Origin: an archaeon | GTDB lineage: Archaea; Asgardarchaeota; Thorarchaeia; Thorarchaeales; Thorarchaeaceae | Length of the DNA stretch: 64,000 nucleotides | Assembly (NCBI GenBank): GCA_024276825.1 | Contig: JAJRWI010000037.1 | Span: forward strand, 1-64,000 | Direction of reading: 5' to 3' | In this document: positions 1-9,397 of the stretch, in pieces | Numbering within the stretch: the first letter of the stretch is position 1 | Layout of the letters: the number at the start of each line of letters is the position of its first letter | Notes under the pieces: generated by a model | Seen by the model: only the letters and a program-made list of their open reading frames with translations | What the model was told of the DNA's origin: nothing | Databases searched by the model: none | Position numbers and translations under genes: made by a program

Positions 1-1000
1 GTTCCATCTCTGCAAGCATCTCTGCTTGCAATGATCCCCTCGAACCTGTAGATGTAGGGACACCGCTTGGACCAGTGCTTGTTGGAGGAGCACCACCAGG
101 GGGAGCACCACCAGGGGGAGCACCGCCCGGAGGAGCACCACCAGGGGGAGCACCACCAGGGGGAGCACCACCAGGGGGAGCACCACCAGGGGGAGCACCA
201 CCAGGGGGAGCACCACCAGGGGGAGCACCACCAGGGGGAGCACCACCAGGGGGAGCACCGCCCGGAGGAGCACCACCCGGAGGAGCACCACCCGGAGGAG
301 CACCGCCCGGAGGAGCACCACCCGGAGGACCACCACCCGGAGGAGCACCACCCGGAGGACCACCGCCTGGGAAACCCGCAGTGGGAGGTGTCGAGGGTGT
401 CATAGTAGAGGATTCAGGCAGCCCAACGCTTGGTGGACCTGCTTCAGCTGAGTCTGTAGAAACTGTAGTACCAGACATTGCAGCCATTTTACGTAGATAG
501 TCGGACCGGGCTTTATCAACGGCGCTTTCAGTATCAACAATTTCTTTTAGATCAGCACTCTTTGCGATTGCGGAGCGGATTGCTTCAAGTCGACCCTGAT
601 ACAGACTTATCAGTTGGGCCTTGATGCTTTCGTCAAGTTGGTTTTGTTGAACATAGTATTCAACGGCCGATAATGCCTGTTGTATTGCATTCTCTTCAAT
701 TCTTAGAAAAGTCAATGCGTCGGCGGGGGTTTTGATAAACTTTACTTTCTTTGTACCCACCATCCCCGATGAAACATCGCCTGTTGATGCAATTATGGCT
801 CGAATGCCCTCTGATATTGAGGACCCGCTTCTACCTGTGCGTCTGGCGACACCAACTATTATTGCAATGAATAGTAATGTATAGATTATCAAGAACCAGT
901 CACCGGGTCCTAGTGGTATCCCAAGCAAGTTTCTTAGGGGTTGTGCTATTAGATGATCAAAGAATCCGTATACCCATACAAATATTGGATCGTTTTGCAA
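1..1000 (-). CDS. Membrane-anchored Gly/Pro-repeat protein, 3' end outside the window (not in ORF track)
   Basis: Hand translation from TTG at 1000 (GGTGA RBS upstream) is open to position 1: MQNDPIF...WFLIIYTLLFIAIIVGVARRTGR (TM + basic) ...helical region... (GGAPP)n ...GSRGSLQAEMLAEME. Confidence 0.85.
   Translation of the reverse strand, partial: MQNDPIFVWVYGFFDHLIAQPLRNLLGIPLGPGDWFLIIYTLLFIAIIVGVARRTGRSGSSISEGIRAIIASTGDVSSGMVGTKKVKFIKTPADALTFLRIEENAIQQALSAVEYYVQQNQLDESIKAQLISLYQGRLEAIRSAIAKSADLKEIVDTESAVDKARSDYLRKMAAMSGTTVSTDSAEAGPPSVGLPESSTMTPSTPPTAGFPGGGPPGGAPPGGGPPGGAPPGGAPPGGAPPGGAPPGGAPPGGAPPGGAPPGGAPPGGAPPGGAPPGGAPPGGAPPGGAPPGGAPPGGAPPGGAPPTSTGPSGVPTSTGSRGSLQAEMLAEME
84..368. repeat. 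Tandem 15-bp repeat, ~19 units, encoding GGAPP/GGGPP
   Basis: GGAGCACCACCAGGG-type units with synonymous variants, read directly. Confidence 0.95.
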
Positions 1001-1283
1001 TTGGTGTCACCTACTATGTCATGTGTGAGTTCTTCAACTCTATTTTAGCTTTCTTGTAGGCATTAGCCTTTGTAATACTTATGTGTGATATGTGAATCAC
1101 ATGGTCCTTTTATATCTGTACTAATTATAATATGAAACCACATAAACATGACGACCAAATACTGGATAAATTTGTCAAAAAGAGTAAACTTCGGTTATAA
1201 CTCCCATTCTTATTAATGACAATTCTTATCAATCTTTGACACCACATTTGTGTCAATCAATGCACTTTTGGAGATAAACATTA

Positions 1284-1811
1284 ATGAGTATTTTAACAAA
1301 TAATGTTCGCTTGACCATTGACTTCAGTAATGGGGCTTTTATGAGGGGGACAATACTTGACAAACAAGGCACAAAGATAGGCAGAATTCAGAGGAGGGCA
1401 GGCATTAGGAGGTCAATCTTAATCTTCATAAATGATAATCTCTTGGTTCGACTTGAATTAAAGATCATTGATGATTTTAGATTTGTTGAGATAATAAATG
1501 AGAGAGAAACATTAATTGGCAAAATAATAATGAATAAGAGGTTTCAATCAGTTGTGAGTATTGAGAATTCTGATGGCGTCCCAATATGCAAGGCCAGAGC
1601 TATAACTCCTCATGGCATCATTAGAACCGTTCATCCCGAAGATGAAAGTCAGATCTTTGCAGTTATGACCCTAGATTTAATTGATGTAAATAGGATCTCA
1701 GCAAGAATAGAGTTTATTCAGAGTTCCAACAGAGAGTTGCTTCTTGCTGTTGCATTTTTCTTACTACTAAATAAAATTATAATGAGAAATGGAGCCCCAG
1801 GCGAGACTTGA
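1284..1811 (+). CDS. Hypothetical protein, possible LURP-one/scramblase/Tubby-C-like beta-barrel
   Basis: Repeated I.D..G..IG.I beta-hairpin pattern and C-terminal hydrophobic helix RELLLAVAFFLLL; GGAGA RBS; overlaps tRNA-Thr 3' end by 22 nt. Confidence 0.55.
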   Translation: MSILTNNVRLTIDFSNGAFMRGTILDKQGTKIGRIQRRAGIRRSILIFINDNLLVRLELKIIDDFRFVEIINERETLIGKIIMNKRFQSVVSIENSDGVPICKARAITPHGIIRTVHPEDESQIFAVMTLDLIDVNRISARIEFIQSSNRELLLAVAFFLLLNKIIMRNGAPGET

Positions 1812-1866
1812 ACTCGCGACCTGCTGATTACAAGTCAGCCGCAATGGCCAACTATGCTACTGGGGC
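1790..1866 (-). tRNA. tRNA-Thr(TGT)
   Basis: Cloverleaf GCCCCAG...CTGGGGC-T-CCA; anticodon arm GCTGA-CT-TGT-AA-TCAGC; GTTCAAGTC T-loop. Confidence 0.97.
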
Positions 1867-1927
1867 ATGGGTATGAGAGTGTGCAGCAGTTTTGGTTTTA
1901 AAAGCTACTCTTAGTGAGCAGTAAGCG

Positions 1928-2076
1928 TCAGAAGTGGAAAACTTGTTCAAACTTGTCATATCAGTCAGAATTGGAGTCATGGCAGAGAAACTTGGAGTTT
2001 CTACTTCCACTCTCGGAAGACGGGAACACATAGTCCTTGTTCATACGATTTCATCTTCCAATAATTTCAGGTTGCC
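1928..2076 (+). mobile_element. Miniature IS607-derived element, copy 1
   Basis: Similar to 13925, 34445 and 51276 copies; translates RIGVMAEKLGVSTSTLGRRE (MerR-type HTH of IS607 TnpA). Confidence 0.7.
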
Positions 2077-2093
2077 ATTCTATAAGAATATTC

Positions 2094-2384
2094 TCAGGGA
2101 GTATAGAAGACAAGTACAAGCCAGTAGATGATGAAGGAGATGAGGAGTGCAACAATTGCGACTGCCTGAAATGATCTCTTCTGAGTTTTGTGGCGAAAGT
2201 GAAACATCCCAGCGAATATGCCGATTGCACCACCGAGAGCTCCGATGATGTGCAAGGTTGCCTCGGCGAGGCGCCATTTGTGTTGGCTAGCTCTGCGTTT
2301 GTCATACCACATTGCGAAGAAAGCAATCAGGTTTATTATGATCAGATAGATGAGAGGAGTCCAGTAGAGGAATGATAGTTGCAT
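2094..2384 (-). CDS. DUF1294 (YsdA-like) membrane protein
   Basis: INLIAFFAMWYDKRRA...WRLAE.TL....LGG..G...M..FRHKTQK motif. Confidence 0.9.
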   Translation of the reverse strand: MQLSFLYWTPLIYLIIINLIAFFAMWYDKRRASQHKWRLAEATLHIIGALGGAIGIFAGMFHFRHKTQKRSFQAVAIVALLISFIIYWLVLVFYTP

Positions 2385-2390
2385 GAGGGA

Positions 2391-3596
2391 TCACATCCTT
2401 GATGCGGCAGCCTCGAGGGCTGCTATAAGGTCGAGTTTCTTGCTAGTGATGAAGTTGACAGTGGCACCACCACCGGTACTGATATGGGTGATCTTATCAA
2501 CGAGGGACATATGCTGGACCATGGCGCCCAGATGGCCCCCGCCAACCACTGTGATCCCATCACATGAAGCAATGGCATTCAGTACCTCCCTTGTCCCTAT
2601 CGAGAAGGGTTCACGTTCAAAGAGTCCCATGGGCCCATTTGCAAAGACGACCTCGGAGCCGATGATTATTTCACGGTACTTCTCAATTGTCGCAGGACCG
2701 ATGTCGAACAGGGGGGCACCACCCATTTCTGTAAAAGAGCACTCAACACGTTTCGCATCGACCTCCACTGCAGCATCAACAGGTAGAACTATCACGTCTG
2801 GATAGTCTTCAAGGAGGCCTTTTGCCGTTGCTACTGCCTCATCAAAGCCCTTGATTGGCCGTGAGTAGTCCTCTGGTATAATGCCTTTGGCTATCAAGAA
2901 GAGTGTGCCCACCAGACCACCAAGAAGAGCATGATCAATCCTATTGGCCTTGAGAAGTCTGGAGAGGGTCTTTACCTTATCGGCCACTTTACTCCCACCA
3001 AGGACCAGAGTCCAAGGATGTTTCTCTGTGGCAGTTGCCTCTGTTAGAACTCGGATTTCCCTTTCAACAAGCCGACCAGCAACAGAAGGGAGTACCACAG
3101 TAAACCCAACAATTGATGGTTGAGACCTATGAGCAGCACCAAATGCATCATTGATGAACAGGTCAAAGAGGGGATATAGTTCTTGGACGAGCGGCTCTTG
3201 TGCAACGATCTCAGGCGACGCTTTTTTCATCTCACCCTCAAAATAACGGACGTTCTGAAGGACGAGCACTTCACCAATGCTCACCCGCTGAATAGCAGCC
3301 TTCGCCTTATCACCAAAGATGTCATCCACAAAAATCGCGTTTATTCCAAGTTGACGTAGGATTTCAGTGTGGGGCTCCAGTGAGATGAAGTCATCACTGC
3401 CTGGTCGGCCTTGATGTGCCATTAGTGTCACCCTACTGTCTTTGAGCTCTTCAAGTGTAGGGATAATCGCCCGGATACGAGAGTCATCAATAATCTTCTT
3501 GGTTTCCGGATCAATCGAGCAGTTCATATCAACACGAATGAGCACCCGTTTTCCCTTGAGATCCACATCATCCATAGTCTTGAAAGACAGTTTCAT
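2391..3596 (-). CDS. pgk: Phosphoglycerate kinase
   Basis: RVLIRVDMN, AHQGRPG, NDAFGAAHR, LGGSKV, NGPMG.FE, STGGGA. Confidence 0.98.
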   Translation of the reverse strand: MKLSFKTMDDVDLKGKRVLIRVDMNCSIDPETKKIIDDSRIRAIIPTLEELKDSRVTLMAHQGRPGSDDFISLEPHTEILRQLGINAIFVDDIFGDKAKAAIQRVSIGEVLVLQNVRYFEGEMKKASPEIVAQEPLVQELYPLFDLFINDAFGAAHRSQPSIVGFTVVLPSVAGRLVEREIRVLTEATATEKHPWTLVLGGSKVADKVKTLSRLLKANRIDHALLGGLVGTLFLIAKGIIPEDYSRPIKGFDEAVATAKGLLEDYPDVIVLPVDAAVEVDAKRVECSFTEMGGAPLFDIGPATIEKYREIIIGSEVVFANGPMGLFEREPFSIGTREVLNAIASCDGITVVGGGHLGAMVQHMSLVDKITHISTGGGATVNFITSKKLDLIAALEAAASRM

Positions 3597-3684
3597 TAGG
3601 TTTCACCAACAATTGCAGAGATCTGACCTAATGGCAGAGAGGACACTTGAAAAATCTAACTAATTCAGAGTGATCTGAACTTTA

Positions 3685-3894
3685 CTATTCTGCAATGAGT
3701 TGTGGCGGGAGATATTTGTTATCCTTTTTATTGCGATGTCGAGCTCTGCAGATGAGCTCTTCAGTTTTTGAAACAAACGTGCGATTATATGCTTTCAGGC
3801 TACATACAAGTGCTATTGCATCCAGACTGTTGTCAAATATGCCTGCAAGGCGATACGTTTCGTCATCAATGCATCTGCACTTGACTGATTTCAT
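3685..3894 (-). CDS. Small hypothetical protein
   Basis: 69-aa ATG ORF filling the intergenic gap co-oriented with pgk; no family recognised. Confidence 0.35.
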   Translation of the reverse strand: MKSVKCRCIDDETYRLAGIFDNSLDAIALVCSLKAYNRTFVSKTEELICRARHRNKKDNKYLPPQLIAE

Positions 3895-3994
3895 AAATAA
3901 TGGTCAGTAAGGAGAGATATAATCTCGTGTTAATCTGCGAGTTTGATTGACGACCTTATATATTCTGGACTTGACAGTTCTTTGGGTCAAAAGG

Positions 3995-4279
3995 ATGCTG
4001 CTGCTTCAATCTCCACTTCAGAACTTTGCCAATCTCATTGCTCAGTACTTTGTAGAGATCTGGGAGTTTCTGATATTCATTGGTCGGGTCAGTGGTGCTA
4101 TTGTCGTTCTTGCAGGTGCAATTTTATGGTTCACTGAAACCAATGTCAAGAGGGGCAAAGGTCTGGTGTTTGGGGGCATATTATTGTCCATTGTGGTGCA
4201 GTACTTTGTGATGTTCCCCCCATCGTTTGCTCTTGGGTTGTGCGTAGATGTATGGAGCTTGGACAATATTGGACACTAG
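3995..4279 (+). CDS. Small two-TM membrane protein, TrbC/VirB2 pilin-like
   Basis: Two hydrophobic helices split by ETNVKRGKG; ATG at 3995 preferred to TTG 3947; last ~14 codons come from repeat family 2. Confidence 0.6.
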   Translation: MLLLQSPLQNFANLIAQYFVEIWEFLIFIGRVSGAIVVLAGAILWFTETNVKRGKGLVFGGILLSIVVQYFVMFPPSFALGLCVDVWSLDNIGH

Positions 4280-4394
4280 TCAAAAGAATGTCTAAGAGAT
4301 ATACTATGAAATTGTCAAGAGTCAAAATAGTATCATCAGAAACAACAGTCTGAGATGTGCCCAGTGCCGTTCCTGGGCAGACAGGATTGTCCAA
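4236..4394. repeat. Dispersed repeat family 2, copy A (with hairpin)
   Basis: GGTTG.GCGTAGAT...GAGCTTGGACA...GGACACTAGT...ATGTGCCCAGTGCCGTT.CTGGG...ACAGG shared with 20611-20773 at the same spacing. Confidence 0.8.
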
Positions 4395-4414
4395 TTTACA
4401 ATGAACGGTGAGAT

Positions 4415-4548
4415 TGGTGCCGCAGGCGTGATTCGAACACGCGACTTCAAGATTTCTCATCTTGAAAGGGCGTAGACTTGACCCCTTAGAGTCCCAGATT
4501 TGGGAAGATTATGAGTCTTGCGCCCTAACCAGGCTAGGCCACTGCGGC
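4415..4548 (-). tRNA. tRNA-Met(CAT), elongator type, 56-nt canonical intron (4454-4509)
   Basis: G1-C72 acceptor, CAAGA-CT-CAT-A|intron|A-TCTTG, BHB helix CTCA/TGAG, encoded CCA. Confidence 0.93.
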
Positions 4549-4623
4549 ACAGTTAATCCAAGAGGGTCTATTCTAGAGGCTTGGAGGATTTATCTTTAAA
4601 GCTTACCGTTAGAGATAAAGAAG

Positions 4624-6540
4624 TCAGTTCTCCAGAACACGCTGTACCTCACGGGTCAGAATCTCTTTGACAGTCTTCCCATCTGCCTTGCCGCGCAACT
4701 CTTTCATCAACACGCCCATGAGTCTGCCCACTGCCCTGATTCCATGTTCGTTAATGAAATCAATGTTAGCATTCACCACTTCATGGATTTTTCCCTCAAG
4801 CATATCTGTGCTTATGGCTCCAAGACCCGTCACATCAATTGCCTGATCAACTGATGCAAGTGGGTGTTCGGCCAGATAGGTCAGTATATCTGGAATACCT
4901 TGCGTAGATATTGCACCTTTTGAAACCGCGGTGAACATATCATGAAGATGGTCTTCTGTTATCCTTTCTATATTCACTCCATCTCGGTGAAGGCTGACAA
5001 GAGTGTTTTCGAGTGTGACTGCAATGAGTGTCGGCGATGTATTTGTTTCTCTCACAAGACTCTCAAACAATGGTAGGTAGGTAGATCGTGTGATTTGATG
5101 GGCGAGCTCCCTGCTGAGTCCCAACTCTTTGATGAACCGATCTTCTTTCTCCTCAAGGGTTTCAGGCATATTTCTTCGAATGCGTTTCAATCTCGCCTGT
5201 GTGATCTTGACAGCCCGTACATCAGTTTCTGGGTACATTCGCTCAGCTCCAGGACGAGGCCGGGCATATTTTGTAGTACCATTTGGAAGCGGCACTCTGG
5301 TTTCAGGGGGAACTCCAACAACAGCGGCTTTGGCACGTTTAATCACCGCCCTTAATGCATCTTCGCACTTTGACTTTTCATCAGCAACAATAACAATGGC
5401 GTCCTTTTCATTTGCAGACAGGCTTCTGCGTAGTTCATTGACGTCGTTTTCGGTAATGCCATATTTTGGAAGTTCATCAGTATGAAAGAGACCTCCGACA
5501 CCACCCCAGAACCTGGCATAATCTGCAAGTTCGGTTCCCAGACGTCTTTCAGGTTGAATCTCTTGTCCAAGGAGTCCTGCAAACCCAGGAAGTCGGGCGG
5601 CAAACACTCTTCCCCCCTTCTTTAGGGCCCTTCTTATGACCTTTGATTCAGAGGATTCAAAAACCTTAGTCACATCAAACGTTTCGTCGGCTATTTCTTC
5701 AGGAGTTATGTCCCTCTCAACAAGCAGTTCACGAATTTGAAGCAGGTTAAACTGACGCAATGCCTCAAGTTCGACAACTGTTGAGAGCATGTCGAGTTGT
5801 TGTAGTCCTTTAATCTCAATGATTCCACCATCACGAATAGACACATTCACATCTTGTCGAATTGTCCCGAGACCCCTCTTTACTCGACCTGTGGATCTGA
5901 GAAGAAGTCCCAGGGTCAAGGCAGCCTCTTGAGCCTCATCAGGGGTTCGAATATCAGGGGCAGTTGCAATCTCAATCAGAGGGATGCCCAATCTGTCAAG
6001 TCGGTAAATCCTGAAGTTATTCTTTTCGTCATCAGCAATTTTGCGTGCTGCATCCTCTTCAAGACAGATTGTCTGAATTCCTACTTTCTTATCACCCACC
6101 ATGACTGAGCCGCCCATGGCAACAACGGCCGTTCGTTGAAACCCAGTAGTGTTACTTCCATCAATCACTATTTTTCGCATTGGATGAATCTCATCTACAA
6201 CAGAGGAGCCGAGGTAGGTTGCCATGATTATACATATGTCAATTGACTCATCATCCAAGTTATGAGGTGGTTCTTCATCCATCTCTACAAGGCAAGTTGT
6301 GTCATTGTAATACTCGTAATAGAACATTTTTTTCTTTTGAAACTCAAACAATGCTGCGGGATCGACCTCTCCGAGCTCACTCTGGGTAGGTCTCAGGCGC
6401 CTGATGAAATGCCCATCTGGTTCTTCGTCCCTGATAATTGTTGGACAATGGCAATAGAGCTTGCGTGCTGTGTCTAGTTGTTGATGTAATTCAAGTCCCA
6501 CCATCAGACCCAGTTTGTCATAATCAAGAGATTTCTTCAC
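4624..6540 (-). CDS. gatE: Glu-tRNA(Gln) amidotransferase subunit E
   Basis: GLELHQQL, RKIVIDGSNTTGFQRT, LDRLGIPLIEIAT, RPGAERMYPETD; GTG start at 6540 after GGAGG. Confidence 0.97.
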   Translation of the reverse strand: MKKSLDYDKLGLMVGLELHQQLDTARKLYCHCPTIIRDEEPDGHFIRRLRPTQSELGEVDPAALFEFQKKKMFYYEYYNDTTCLVEMDEEPPHNLDDESIDICIIMATYLGSSVVDEIHPMRKIVIDGSNTTGFQRTAVVAMGGSVMVGDKKVGIQTICLEEDAARKIADDEKNNFRIYRLDRLGIPLIEIATAPDIRTPDEAQEAALTLGLLLRSTGRVKRGLGTIRQDVNVSIRDGGIIEIKGLQQLDMLSTVVELEALRQFNLLQIRELLVERDITPEEIADETFDVTKVFESSESKVIRRALKKGGRVFAARLPGFAGLLGQEIQPERRLGTELADYARFWGGVGGLFHTDELPKYGITENDVNELRRSLSANEKDAIVIVADEKSKCEDALRAVIKRAKAAVVGVPPETRVPLPNGTTKYARPRPGAERMYPETDVRAVKITQARLKRIRRNMPETLEEKEDRFIKELGLSRELAHQITRSTYLPLFESLVRETNTSPTLIAVTLENTLVSLHRDGVNIERITEDHLHDMFTAVSKGAISTQGIPDILTYLAEHPLASVDQAIDVTGLGAISTDMLEGKIHEVVNANIDFINEHGIRAVGRLMGVLMKELRGKADGKTVKEILTREVQRVLEN

Positions 6541-6541
6541 A

Positions 6542-7900
6542 TCAGAAACCTCCTTGGCCTGTATATTCAGATGGGGATGACCTGGCACCCATTTCGCCAA
6601 CAAGATCCTTAGTCATCATATGTCGCACCTTCGATGAGTCCTTCACATTTCCCAATAGCCACATGAGTTTGACAAGAGCGGTTTCAGGAAGCATGTTTTC
6701 GCATGGTATCACTCCCATCTGGAGTAGTTCGACCCCAGGCTTATACACATTCATGTTCACTCGTCCGTAGATGCACTGACTAGTCATTGCCACTACAACG
6801 CCAGAGTCAATTGCATCTCTTATGCTGGAATGAGTATACTCTGGGGCATGTCCCAATCCCGAACCCTCCATAATGATGCCACGATATTGGTTATCAACCA
6901 GATATGAGATAATTCCCAAATCGATGCCTGGATGGGTCTTTATGAGAGCCACCTTGTTGTCAAATCGAGGCTTTAGTTTCATTTTCCTGGTGGGGTTTCT
7001 TCTATGAAGTGGCGGGCTCAACTCAGTGATGCCATCTTTGTCAATCTTAAAGATGGGAGAGATGTTTATTGATTGAAAGGCATCTCTTCGACTGGTATGC
7101 ATTTTCCTCACACAAGTTCCCCGATGAGCTAGTGTGAAACTGTCATTGATTTCACCGTGCATGACCACCATGACTTCTGCTGCATCTACGGTCCCAGCAA
7201 AGTCAGTGGCAGTGATAAGATTCAATGCAGCATCTGATGATGGCCTATCGGAAGACCGTTGAGATCCAACAAGAACGACCGGGACAGGGAGGTCTTGTAA
7301 TGCAAATGATAGTGCGGCTGCGGTGATCCCAAGAGTGTCGGTGCCGTGCGCGATGACTACTCCATCAACCCCATTGCGTATCTCTGATGCCACTGCCTTT
7401 GCTATTTTTGTCCAGTCCTTAGGATGAATGTTCTCGGACAGTCGGCTCATCAGTATTCTGCATCTAAGGTTTGCATGATCCCTCAATTCAGGAACCGTTT
7501 CATAGAGGTCTTTTGCATCAAGAGCGGGATTGACTGCTCCAGTGTGATAATCCACCTTGCTAGCAATAGTTCCACCAGTACTGAGAAAGGCAATATCAGG
7601 CAGATCACTTGAGGGAGGGGGAATTTCCTCGGCAGTCTTTTTCCTCTTCTTCTTATGATGTGATATTAGTTCAACTCTTGATTTCGGGTCCAATCTGATT
7701 CCAATATTGTATCCAGATTCCAGCTTGAGAACAACATGGGACGGATCTGTACCGACTTGGGCGCGAGGCATTAGCACACCTGTGTATTCACGATTACCAC
7801 ATATCACCCGGATGGTGTCAGACAGATCAACTCCGGCATTTGTCAGCAGTTCTAGCACGAGACCGCGATACCCCGATTCATCAAGTGGCATCATATTCAC
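6542..7900 (-). CDS. gatD: Glu-tRNA(Gln) amidotransferase subunit D
   Basis: LKLESGYNIG, STGGTIASKVDY, HGTDT, GSQRSSDRPSSD, RKMHTSRRDAF; adjacent to gatE. Confidence 0.97.
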   Translation of the reverse strand: MNMMPLDESGYRGLVLELLTNAGVDLSDTIRVICGNREYTGVLMPRAQVGTDPSHVVLKLESGYNIGIRLDPKSRVELISHHKKKRKKTAEEIPPPSSDLPDIAFLSTGGTIASKVDYHTGAVNPALDAKDLYETVPELRDHANLRCRILMSRLSENIHPKDWTKIAKAVASEIRNGVDGVVIAHGTDTLGITAAALSFALQDLPVPVVLVGSQRSSDRPSSDAALNLITATDFAGTVDAAEVMVVMHGEINDSFTLAHRGTCVRKMHTSRRDAFQSINISPIFKIDKDGITELSPPLHRRNPTRKMKLKPRFDNKVALIKTHPGIDLGIISYLVDNQYRGIIMEGSGLGHAPEYTHSSIRDAIDSGVVVAMTSQCIYGRVNMNVYKPGVELLQMGVIPCENMLPETALVKLMWLLGNVKDSSKVRHMMTKDLVGEMGARSSPSEYTGQGGF

Positions 7901-7946
7901 TCCTTAATGGACAATGACCAGATTCTCATTCCTCATAAAATCTTAC

Positions 7947-9281
7947 TCATTTCGATTGCATTTGGCCGAGGTGTCTCTCTTGAAGTTCAACAGGGATTGC
8001 ATTCTTTTGAATGATATCACGAAACATGTAAGCACTTTCCCTCGGAGTACGTTTTTGAGTTTCGTAATCCACCTCAACCAGCCCAAAGTGGCTGCAATAG
8101 CCCTCGGCCCATTCAAAATTGTCAGTGAGTGACCATATAAGATATCCCAGTATTCTCACCCCGTCATTTATTGCTCGATGGACTTGTTGAAGATGTGCCA
8201 GTATATATCTACATCTCAATGAATCGTCAAGTGTTCCAATCCCATTCTCGGTCAGAAAGATGGGGGTCTTCCATTGATCCCATACAGACTTGATTATGGG
8301 ATAATATCCCTCAGGATAGACCTCCCAATCCAGACCATCGCATCTAGGAAGGTTCGGGTTCTTCGGAGGCAGCTCACCAGCCAAGAAGTCAAGTTTGGAT
8401 GAAACCTGCATTCGCGAGTAATAGTTCAGACCAATGAAGTCAACAGGCGGGTTCAACTGTGGGTATCTCTTACCACCGCCGAATGCATCGGGGATTCTGC
8501 CAGTCATTGCACCCTCCAGCCATGCACGATTATACAGTGTGTCAAGATACTGTGCCAGTTCTAGGTCGTCGGGGTTATCCCGCTCATATGGCTCAAAGTA
8601 TGTCATGCTCAGCACAGGTGCAACTTGAGGTTGATCAAGGCCAAGATCCTCATATGCCTTACGGATCTGTGTTACGGCCTGACCGTGAGCCATCAAGAGG
8701 TGTCTTGCCACTGTCAGTGCTTTACCGTAGTCTTGTTCTCCAGGGGGAAATTTACCGATGAGGTATCCCATGGCTACAACGACCATGGGCTCGTTGATGG
8801 TGTTCCATATCACGCCAAATTCAGATAGTGCCTCCGCCATCTTTTTACAGTAAGGTGCGAACAACTCAGGACTCTCGGGATTCAGCCAAGATCCAAGGTT
8901 TCTGAACCAGAGAGGGTTTGTGAAATGATGTAGTGTTATCATTGGGATTATCCTGCGGGCAACAAGCGCCTTTGTCACCCTTCTATAGTGCTCAATCTCG
9001 TTTTCATTCCAAATACCGCGCTGGGGTTCAATGCGACTCCATTCAATAGAGAATCTATGGACTTGATGACCAAGGTTTCTTGCAATGTTAAAATCTTCTT
9101 CGAAGCGATTGTAATGATCACATGCAATCGATGAGTTCGAGCCATCTTTTATCTTGCCAGGAATCTTCTCCCACTCGGTCCAGTCATTGTTATTTCGCCC
9201 TTCGGTCTGATGGGCAGATGCCGCACTCCCCCAGAGGAAACCATCAGGAAATCTAAGTTCGGTGAACTCCAAATCAATCAC
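7947..9281 (-). CDS. Glycoside hydrolase family 1 (beta-glucosidase-like)
   Basis: FPDGFLWG, RFSIEWSRI, TINEP acid/base, LTENG nucleophile, DNFEWAEG. Confidence 0.96.
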   Translation of the reverse strand: MIDLEFTELRFPDGFLWGSAASAHQTEGRNNNDWTEWEKIPGKIKDGSNSSIACDHYNRFEEDFNIARNLGHQVHRFSIEWSRIEPQRGIWNENEIEHYRRVTKALVARRIIPMITLHHFTNPLWFRNLGSWLNPESPELFAPYCKKMAEALSEFGVIWNTINEPMVVVAMGYLIGKFPPGEQDYGKALTVARHLLMAHGQAVTQIRKAYEDLGLDQPQVAPVLSMTYFEPYERDNPDDLELAQYLDTLYNRAWLEGAMTGRIPDAFGGGKRYPQLNPPVDFIGLNYYSRMQVSSKLDFLAGELPPKNPNLPRCDGLDWEVYPEGYYPIIKSVWDQWKTPIFLTENGIGTLDDSLRCRYILAHLQQVHRAINDGVRILGYLIWSLTDNFEWAEGYCSHFGLVEVDYETQKRTPRESAYMFRDIIQKNAIPVELQERHLGQMQSK

Positions 9282-9397
9282 AATAATCTGTTAACAAAAG
9301 GAGGCGATAAAGTTAATGAAGTATTACAGTTAATACATGAAGTGACATAATGAATAAAATTAAAACTCTCACGAGAGAAGTCTAATTCGGCAAGTGT

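Noticed and set aside
67-500. Plus-strand ORFs 67..405 (His-rich EHHQG repeats) and 75..500 (GGAPP)
   Set aside because: Shadow frames of the 15-bp repeat; the minus frame has an RBS, a TM helix and long non-repetitive coding sequence
1934-2131. Short ORFs 1934..2131, 13931..14125 and 51264..51473 as real genes
   Set aside because: They are different, frameshifted readings of the IS607-derived repeat
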